Program-made: the position numbers and the translations under genes | Notes under the pieces: model-generated | What the model saw: the letters and a program-made list of their open reading frames with translations, nothing else | Told to the model about the DNA's origin: nothing | The model's database searches: none | Part shown: piece by piece, positions 25,481 to 32,012 of the stretch | Position numbering within the stretch: the first letter of the stretch is position 1 | How the letters are laid out: each line of letters opens with the position of its first letter | From: Candidatus Levyibacteriota bacterium | Lineage (GTDB): Bacteria; Patescibacteriota; Microgenomatia; Levybacterales; UBA12049 | Assembly (NCBI GenBank): GCA_016188975.1 | Contig: JACPGQ010000003.1 | Coordinates: 1-50,845 of the forward strand | DNA length: 50,845 nucleotides | Direction of reading: 5' to 3'

Positions 25481-26980
25481 ACTCTTTCTCAGCCTTGCGG
25501 CTTCTTCTATAAGTTTCCCAAGCGTCTCCCCTTTGACCATCTTCTTGTAAATTTTGTCAGTCAACTTCAAGTGCTGTTTCTCAGCATCGGTTTTCGGACC
25601 GAGCGGTTTTTTCAGATATGCTTCTATTGCGGCGGTATCCTCAATAACTCCATTCCACGCTTCATTTTCTTTTGCTAACTTCTGCAGATTATCTTTATTG
25701 AGAAATCTTCCTGATCGGTCGAGATCATCTCCAAGCTGCAGATAATATTTTTCAATAAGAGCAATCTTTCCTTCTTTTTGCGCTCGAGCAATCCCCCTTC
25801 CCGTCCCGATAATCTCAGGCGGAACACCAAGTGAATAAAGTGCTCCGGTAAATGAAATTGCTCGCGGCAGCTTTACCTTCCCGACTCCCCTTGAATAACC
25901 AAAAAGTCCTATGTGCAACACTCTTTCCCGCCGTTTCGGGATATGCCTGGCAACAGCATTGATTGTCTCGGCGATCGACTCAATTGTCTGTGCATAAAGC
26001 GGCTCAAAAAGCTCACTTGCCTTAAGCAACTCTTTTTCATCAGCACTGTTCACAGTTTGCGCTTGGCCTTCTGGCAGTAGCTTCTCAAGTCTTGCAATTG
26101 CATGGATTACTTCTTCTTTGTCATAGTCATACCGAAACGCGCTTTGGATGACTGCGGTCCTGATACCTTCATATTCCTTGGCAAATCCTTCGACATTGTG
26201 TGGAGTCAATCCCCCTCGAAACGGCAGTGAGGCACAGCCTAAGATCGGATACATCTTCACGCCAGTTTCTTTCTGCAGTTTTTTGTATCGTGAGAGCGCA
26301 ATTTTTATTGCTAGTACTGTCGGGACGATGCCGGAATTAAGCGCTGGATCAGACCTCGCAAGAAATGGACGGAGGTAGTGAGGGTACTCGCCAAACCTTT
26401 TGAGATGGCGCTTGAGGTACTCGCGTAAGATCTCATCAGACGTCGCGATCGTTTGGATATCCTCAAAAAGAGGGATCAGGCTGACATATTTTAAGCTCTC
26501 ACTGTCAAAACGAAAAAGAAAATGCTTGAGGTTTGCTATTTCTGAGAACGCTTCCTGGACATCCATCATCAGCTCTGCACTTTTTGTCATTGGCAAGATG
26601 ACCTCAAAAAGAGGCGGGCTGTGGAGTCCGACCTGCTTGGCCATCGTCGCTGCAGACAAAAGCCCCATAAACGTCCTCCCCAACCGAAACTCCGTCTCAA
26701 CAACGGGGTTTGGAAGCCTGAAGGTGATAAATTTGTCACGCCCCAGCTGCATGTCCTTAAAATACGCAAAATGCTCAGAAAGCATCCGTTCCATCACCGA
26801 CTCATCAACGAGCTTACCCTCCCAATCCCACATATACTCAGATGCGCCAAGCTCTGAAAAAGAGAGAAAACACTCTTTTGTCTCATGCCGAGTTTCAATA
26901 AATGTACTGCTGTGCCAATACGGCACACCAGCATGGTCCGGATGCTGGGAAACCATAGTGGCGGGTATTTTCCTTTTCAT
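25472..26980 (-). CDS. ppcA: archaeal-type phosphoenolpyruvate carboxylase
   Basis: 502 aa. The N-terminus KIPATMVSQHPDHAGVPYW and the overall length match the PepcA family rather than the roughly 900-aa bacterial Ppc. Confidence 0.8.
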   Translation of the reverse strand: MKRKIPATMVSQHPDHAGVPYWHSSTFIETRHETKECFLSFSELGASEYMWDWEGKLVDESVMERMLSEHFAYFKDMQLGRDKFITFRLPNPVVETEFRLGRTFMGLLSAATMAKQVGLHSPPLFEVILPMTKSAELMMDVQEAFSEIANLKHFLFRFDSESLKYVSLIPLFEDIQTIATSDEILREYLKRHLKRFGEYPHYLRPFLARSDPALNSGIVPTVLAIKIALSRYKKLQKETGVKMYPILGCASLPFRGGLTPHNVEGFAKEYEGIRTAVIQSAFRYDYDKEEVIHAIARLEKLLPEGQAQTVNSADEKELLKASELFEPLYAQTIESIAETINAVARHIPKRRERVLHIGLFGYSRGVGKVKLPRAISFTGALYSLGVPPEIIGTGRGIARAQKEGKIALIEKYYLQLGDDLDRSGRFLNKDNLQKLAKENEAWNGVIEDTAAIEAYLKKPLGPKTDAEKQHLKLTDKIYKKMVKGETLGKLIEEAARLRKSLG

Positions 26981-26982
26981 GT

Positions 26983-27168
26983 AATTTCTAATTTCTAAAT
27001 CCTAATTTCTAAACTCCACTTCGTTCTAAAGTACTTCGTGGAGCAGGCAATATCAATTTGCTGTGCCCTTCCGAAGTCCCGATTCAATCGGAACGAAGGA
27101 GGGTTTAGAATGTAGGTATTAGGATTTAGGATTTGATTAGTCATTAGAAATTAGGTCAATTAGAAATT
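26983..27168. mobile_element. MITE-like element with terminal inverted repeats, copy A
   Basis: The left end is AATTTCTAATTTCTAAATCCTAA and the right end is TTAGAAATTAGGTCAATTAGAAATT. Its core is about 90 percent identical, in reverse orientation, to 47970-48126 apart from an indel of about 20 nt. The right end encodes the last codons (KISN) of the aminotransferase. Confidence 0.7.
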
Positions 27169-28439
27169 TTAACGAATCGTTTGATTCGTTTCACCGCTTC
27201 CTCCAACACATCATCCGCTGCAGCAAATGAAAGTCTCACCCACCCCGGATACAAAAATGCTTCACCAGGAACGAGTGCAACGTGTTCTTTTTCCAAAAGC
27301 CCTGTGCACCAATCGCTCGATGTTTTATACTCTTTACCCAAACATTTCGTAACGTTTATAAAAAGGTAAAACGCACCTTCAGGCGGAACAACTGACAATC
27401 TATCAAGATCCGCAACAAAAGCCTTTAGGAGAAATCTCCGGCGTTTCGCAAACGCGTCTGCCATTTTTTTGATACTTCGTTGAGATCCGGTCAATGCTTC
27501 AACTCCAGCATACTGTGCGAGCGATGAAGTATTTGACGTTGTCTGGCTTTGCAAATTAATCATTGCTGAAATAACTTCCTTTGGTCCTCCTGCATACCCT
27601 ATCCTCCACCCTGTCATAGCATACGATTTGGAGAAACCGTTGATGGTAATCGTCCGGGCTTTTATTTCTCTGCCAAATGATGCAATTGAGATATGTTGTA
27701 TTTTTTTTACTTTGTCATCCCGAACTTGACGGGTTACCGTACGGTACCCGTCTTGTTTCGGGATCTCTTTAGATGCTGAATCAAGTTCAGCATGACGGCG
27801 AGTGTCCATATACAAAATCTTCTCATAAATCTCATCAGCAATAATCCACACATTTTTTGCCATGGCAAGTTTTGTGATATTTTTTAATTCCTCCTCTTCA
27901 ATCACTGCTCCAGTTGGATTAGCGGGAGAATTTAAAATAATCGCCTTTGTCTTTTTGGAAATTTTTTTCTCAAGATCTTTTACTGTCAGCTTAAATGGAG
28001 GCTTCATTTTAGCCTCGCAAGGCGTGGCCTTGCAGAGTTTGATCTGTTCAATATAAGTACTCCAGGTTGGTACAGGGACAATAACCTCATCCCCTTCATC
28101 GCACAAAACCATCAATGCGTTGTAAAGCAGCTGCTTGGATCCAACGCCAACGACAATCTCTGATGGATCATACGAGATATGATTTTCTTTTAAAAACTTC
28201 TTTGCAACTTCCTCTCGAAGTTTCGTAATGCCAGCAGTTGTCGTATAATGCGTATGTCCTTTCTGCATCGCTAGTATCGCTGCGTCTTGGATGTTTTTGG
28301 GAGTATCAAAATCCGGCTCACCGAGTGAGAGATTGAGAATTTTCTTTCCTTGTGATTGCAATTTTTTGACAGTCCCGTCAACCGCCAACGTCGCAGAGGG
28401 AGCAAGAGTGCGTACTCGTGCGGATAATTTCGTCTTCAC
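27156..28439 (-). CDS. pyridoxal-phosphate-dependent aminotransferase, class I (aspartate aminotransferase-like), carrying an internal insertion
   Basis: 427 aa with a GTG start. It has LSLGEPDFDTP, NSPANPTG, IIADEIYEKILY and NGFSKSYAMTGWRIGY (PLP-Lys). Confidence 0.9.
   Translation of the reverse strand: MKTKLSARVRTLAPSATLAVDGTVKKLQSQGKKILNLSLGEPDFDTPKNIQDAAILAMQKGHTHYTTTAGITKLREEVAKKFLKENHISYDPSEIVVGVGSKQLLYNALMVLCDEGDEVIVPVPTWSTYIEQIKLCKATPCEAKMKPPFKLTVKDLEKKISKKTKAIILNSPANPTGAVIEEEELKNITKLAMAKNVWIIADEIYEKILYMDTRRHAELDSASKEIPKQDGYRTVTRQVRDDKVKKIQHISIASFGREIKARTITINGFSKSYAMTGWRIGYAGGPKEVISAMINLQSQTTSNTSSLAQYAGVEALTGSQRSIKKMADAFAKRRRFLLKAFVADLDRLSVVPPEGAFYLFINVTKCLGKEYKTSSDWCTGLLEKEHVALVPGEAFLYPGWVRLSFAAADDVLEEAVKRIKRFVKISN
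27711..27803 (-). repeat. hairpin-forming 93-nt in-frame insertion within the aminotransferase CDS
   Basis: It encodes TRRHAELDSASKEIPKQDGYRTVTRQVRDDK between the conserved IYEKILY and HISIASF blocks. The DNA carries TCCCGAA...TTCGGGA arms around GACGGGTTACC-GTAC-GGTACCCGTC, plus GCTGAA-TCAAG-TTCAGC. Confidence 0.7.
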
Positions 28440-28485
28440 AAGCTCTTACATTATCGAAACCAAACCTTTTTTGCAAGCAGAAATA

Positions 28486-28917
28486 TTACTCGGAGGAATC
28501 AGTCGTTCCGACGGTGATGACGATGTCATACTCCCCACCATCTGGGAGAGAGGTTACTTCGGTGACGGTGTAGCCTGAGAGAGCTGACTTTAGTTTCTCA
28601 AAAACTGCATCAGAAACATCACTTTTCATTGCGACTTCGGTGTCAGTAAATCCATATTCACTCGCATTACCTGTCGAAGTTTGCGTAAACCCGGCATCAT
28701 TAAGCAAATCCTCTGCGGCTCCTGCTGCACCTGAGACACCTGTCCCATTTAGAACTTGGATATCGTAATCAGCGGGATTGATAGCGACTTCTGTAGGAGA
28801 TGGTTTCGGAACATCTGTGGGAGTCGGTGTCGCAGGCATACAATTAAATGTTTTGCTGAGGCCTCCTCCATCTTGCTGCAAGAAAGAGTCGGGACGAAGA
28901 GACACTTCTTCGGACAA
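28486..28917 (-). CDS. LytR_C domain protein (C-terminal part, possibly one half of a split gene)
   Basis: 143 aa with a TTG start. YDIQVLNGTGVSGAAGAAEDLLNDAGF...DIVITVG is typical of the LytR C-terminal domain. Confidence 0.6.
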   Translation of the reverse strand: MSEEVSLRPDSFLQQDGGGLSKTFNCMPATPTPTDVPKPSPTEVAINPADYDIQVLNGTGVSGAAGAAEDLLNDAGFTQTSTGNASEYGFTDTEVAMKSDVSDAVFEKLKSALSGYTVTEVTSLPDGGEYDIVITVGTTDSSE

Positions 28918-29332
28918 CTGCGTATTCCGAAGGATTCTCTGTCGTTATCGCTTCAGCAACATTATGCGCCGTAATCGCATCGGCTGTCTCTGAACTTTCT
29001 TCTGCAGACTCAGAAGTATCGGCGGAAGTTATAGGGGGCGCCTTTTCTACGGACTCGGTAGGTGCCTCGCTCGTTTTGGTTGCTTCCTTCTCTTCTGTGA
29101 CATCAACTGATACGTCTTTGACCTCAACGACGACATGTCTGGGAGAGCGACTGGTCTGCTCATCTGTGATTGGTGGAAGTATTTTTTCCTCCTGTTGTTT
29201 CGCGGCTTCCTGTTCTTCAAGCTTTTTAAGCGCAGCTGCTCGGACTGCCTGCACAGCGGCGCGAACAGGCCTTCCGGTATTTTTGCGCTTTTTAGCGTCA
29301 GGTTTTTTCTTCGACGGAGCAGCTTTTGGCAT
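28844..29332 (-). CDS. Lys/Glu-rich low-complexity protein, possibly the N-terminal part of the LytR_C gene
   Basis: 162 aa starting MPKAAPSKKKPDAKKRKNTGRP. It overlaps the next ORF by 74 nt in a different frame. A TATACT box lies 8 nt upstream of the ATG. Confidence 0.4.
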   Translation of the reverse strand: MPKAAPSKKKPDAKKRKNTGRPVRAAVQAVRAAALKKLEEQEAAKQQEEKILPPITDEQTSRSPRHVVVEVKDVSVDVTEEKEATKTSEAPTESVEKAPPITSADTSESAEESSETADAITAHNVAEAITTENPSEYAVVRRSVSSSRLFLAARWRRPQQNI

Positions 29333-29385
29333 ATATCATCAGTATATACCCCTCCGCTTTCAAAATGCAACGATATAATGCCTAA

Positions 29386-29440
29386 CGTAACAGTTCACTC
29401 TTCCGAGCGAAGCGCTACTGCCACGATTTTGTCATTTCGA
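29386..29440 (+). repeat. 55-nt conserved element, copy A
   Basis: CGTAACAGTTCACTCTTCCGAGCGAAGCGCTACTGCCACGATTTTGTCATTTCGA matches 43971-44025 at 53 of 55 positions. Confidence 0.85.
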
Positions 29441-29533
29441 GTCTTCGACCCGCTTCGCCAAATGCGAATTTACTGTGTCCTTCCGTAGTTTTAACGAAGG
29501 AGGATTTCAGCATGACAGGTTTTGAAATGATTT

Positions 29534-30313
29534 CTAGACAGCAACTATCCCCTCTGCAACTTTCTTGCTCGTTTGCACAATTGCATCAAGTGGCGTATCC
29601 GGATCCATACGAAACGTCTCAAGGACCATCGATTCGATCGTATGCGGGAGCTGACGACGGAGCTTGTTGATTGTCTCCTCCTGCCCACCTATCAGGATAA
29701 ACTCTGTCTCATATCTTCTGACCGCCTCATCCAAAGCAGCGACAATGACGTGCAAATGCCTATGGAGATGGTCTTCAATATGACGGTATATCTTATTCGG
29801 GCGTCCGTAGAAATCCCTTTCATTTGCTCTCACATTCTGCGGGACGTTTCCGTCTGAGACAACAATTTTCTCCTCTACCTCTCCAAGGTGAATGACAAAG
29901 ATAACTGCTTTTTTCCGATCAACGAGCACAACCAGATACGGACGGTACAAAGAAACCGCCTTGCTGATAGGAGTCAAATACGGTGAATATGACACAACAC
30001 AAAGAGACGGAAGATAAAATTCAAACGAGAGAATCTCAAAGAGTTTTTCAGAATCAGTAAAAAGGACAACTGTCCGCCTGCTATGCGTGTCGTACTCCTC
30101 ACGAAGAAAAGCATCAAATGTTGCAATTGCTCTGGCAAAATATTTTCTTTCTTCAGCACTTAGAGACGAGTGGACTAGTGAGTGAAGTCTTGTGAGGAGG
30201 AGTCTGGGGTGGGGTGTATGTTTCTCCGCTTCTCCAAGATAAATACTAAGCACTTTTTTTGTTTTCGGAAGGGTCGTGAGTTTTGCTATTTTTGCATTGA
30301 TATCTTGTTGCAT
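29534..30313 (-). CDS. hypothetical protein (possibly eRF1-like / host-attachment-like fold)
   Basis: 259-aa ORF. The His-rich segment IYRHIEDHLHRHLH and the overall layout loosely recall bacterial eRF1-like families. This is a weak call. Confidence 0.35.
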   Translation of the reverse strand: MQQDINAKIAKLTTLPKTKKVLSIYLGEAEKHTPHPRLLLTRLHSLVHSSLSAEERKYFARAIATFDAFLREEYDTHSRRTVVLFTDSEKLFEILSFEFYLPSLCVVSYSPYLTPISKAVSLYRPYLVVLVDRKKAVIFVIHLGEVEEKIVVSDGNVPQNVRANERDFYGRPNKIYRHIEDHLHRHLHVIVAALDEAVRRYETEFILIGGQEETINKLRRQLPHTIESMVLETFRMDPDTPLDAIVQTSKKVAEGIVAV

Positions 30314-30709
30314 AATCTTTATTCAAAAAGTTTCTTTACTTTCTCTAGTACTGTATTTCATTGATGTCCCAGGTTGATGAATTGATTTTAGGTTGATAGA
30401 ACAACTAACATGGCAAGATACACCTAGGAAAATTAACGAAATACAGTACTAGGTTGCGTTCCAAATAGTATTTCCCGACTGATGAGAGACGAAGATGCTT
30501 AAAAGAAAGTGTACATTTCATAGTCTTAACTCAGTAATAAGTCCTGGTACGTTTTCGCAACCCTAAGAGACACGTGCACTAAAAAGTGTCAAACCAATAC
30601 GTACAGCATGTACGAAATCTTTGTACCACTGACACAGAAACAGGAGAAAGTCGATAATCATAATGCTCCTACCACACAACAAGAATAAACGAGTTTGCGA
30701 AAACACTCA

Positions 30710-30723
30710 GTGACCACTGTCAC
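30710..30723. promoter_or_regulatory. palindrome GTGAC-CACT-GTCAC upstream of the Crp/Fnr-family gene
   Basis: The 5-4-5 inverted repeat lies 48 nt upstream of the ATG at 30771. Its half-sites resemble CRP-type TGTGA/TCACA. Confidence 0.3.
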
Positions 30724-30770
30724 AATTAGAAAGTGCCGAACCCTCGTGCTATACTTACATCGAGAAACGT

Positions 30771-31433
30771 ATGGATAGAGCCGTAGCAAAAAAGCTTGAC
30801 TTGTTTTTTTCCCATGGCACGCTCCTTTCCTTCCGTAAAGGAGATTTTCTACTTCGCGCGACTGACTCCGTAAGCGCCATCTTTTTTTTGAAAAAGGGAC
30901 ACGTTCGCCTGTTTATCGACACCGAAGACGGCCAGGACCTCACGCTTCACCTTTTCAAACCAGGGTCCTATTTTCCAGTGATGCTGCTTCTGAGCCGTGT
31001 ACCGAATACATACAATCTTGAGGCAATCGAGAGTGTTGACGTATGGAGGGTGCATTCGGAAAACGTGTTGGATTTTCTCCATGAAAATCCCGATGTTCTC
31101 TATGACCTAACGGTCCGGCTCGCACAGGGCATTACCGGACTTCTTGAAAAAATTGAAAAGGCGACTTTTTCATCAGCGTATGAAAAAATCATATCCATCC
31201 TCCTCTACTTGGTGGAAAAATACGGAGAAAAAAACGAGGATAAAAGACTTCTGACTATCTCGTTAAAACTTACCCACAACGATCTGGCATCATGGACTGG
31301 TATGCAACGGGAGACAGTAAGCAGACAACTTGAAAAACTCATGCACAAAGGCATCATTTACGACCACGGCAACATAATATCACTTGATAGAACAATGCTT
31401 CAGGAAGAATACGAAACTGTAAAAATCAAATAG
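30771..31433 (+). CDS. Crp/Fnr family transcriptional regulator
   Basis: 220 aa with an N-terminal cNMP-binding beta-barrel (FFLKKGHVRLF...) and a C-terminal HTH (LTHNDLASWTGMQRETVSRQLEKL). Confidence 0.8.
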   Translation: MDRAVAKKLDLFFSHGTLLSFRKGDFLLRATDSVSAIFFLKKGHVRLFIDTEDGQDLTLHLFKPGSYFPVMLLLSRVPNTYNLEAIESVDVWRVHSENVLDFLHENPDVLYDLTVRLAQGITGLLEKIEKATFSSAYEKIISILLYLVEKYGEKNEDKRLLTISLKLTHNDLASWTGMQRETVSRQLEKLMHKGIIYDHGNIISLDRTMLQEEYETVKIK

Positions 31434-31611
31434 CTTTTTCAAGCCGTAGAGAGTTGTACAGGTGGTATTTCTGCTGGAGAAGTGCTCCCATCCCCAAAAG
31501 CATCACCAAGAATCCGACAATCCATCCGATAACCGGAATAAAGGTTACAACGTAATACGCAAGTAATCCAATAAAAAGACCAGTGCTACGAAGCGGGTTG
31601 AGGATTCTCAC
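31426..31611 (-). CDS. small membrane protein
   Basis: 61 aa with two TM helices. It overlaps neighbouring gene ends and could be spurious. Confidence 0.3.
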   Translation of the reverse strand: MRILNPLRSTGLFIGLLAYYVVTFIPVIGWIVGFLVMLLGMGALLQQKYHLYNSLRLEKAI

Positions 31612-31981
31612 TGAGACTGAGGACTTCTTTTATTTTGTCAGAGACATCTTGCGGAGTAGAATTGGCTTTAAAGAGATAGTAGGCGGGTTTGAGCTCCATC
31701 ACCTGCTGCAGCATCCGTTCATTCGGATCCATAATGGTGAGGATAATCACTGGAACATTTTGCCCCCATGCATCTTTACGAAGTTCAGTAAGCATCGACA
31801 TGCCATCCATTTTCGGCATGGCAATATCAAGAAGAATGAGCGACGGCTTCTTGGAGATTGCCTTTTGTAATCCCTCTTCCCCATCATGGGCAAGAGATAC
31901 GTCAAAACCATCCAGCTGCAACTGGTCCTGATACATTATTGCCAACGTCAGGTCATCCTCAACAAGCAAAATCGAATTCAT
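31586..31981 (-). CDS. single-domain response regulator
   Basis: 131 aa with ILLVEDD, LILLDIAMPKMDG and the KA motif. Confidence 0.85.
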   Translation of the reverse strand: MNSILLVEDDLTLAIMYQDQLQLDGFDVSLAHDGEEGLQKAISKKPSLILLDIAMPKMDGMSMLTELRKDAWGQNVPVIILTIMDPNERMLQQVMELKPAYYLFKANSTPQDVSDKIKEVLSLSENPQPAS

Positions 31982-32012
31982 ATGTCTACCCTACCCTATG
32001 TTATTCGTATTG

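Noticed and set aside
26400-26984. A 194-aa plus-strand ORF, together with many other ORFs of 60-120 aa nested antisense in large genes (for example 3365..3730, 12451..12932, 29076..29488, 37569..37889 and 49243..49814).
   Set aside because: They lie wholly within well-supported genes on the other strand, have no recognisable motifs and show a low-complexity or Ser/Arg/Cys-rich composition typical of shadow ORFs.
30479-30486. A CTGATGAG motif suggests a hammerhead ribozyme core.
   Set aside because: I could not build a stem II hairpin followed by GAAA, nor stems I and III around a cleavage triplet. An 8-mer is expected about once by chance in two strands of 50 kb.
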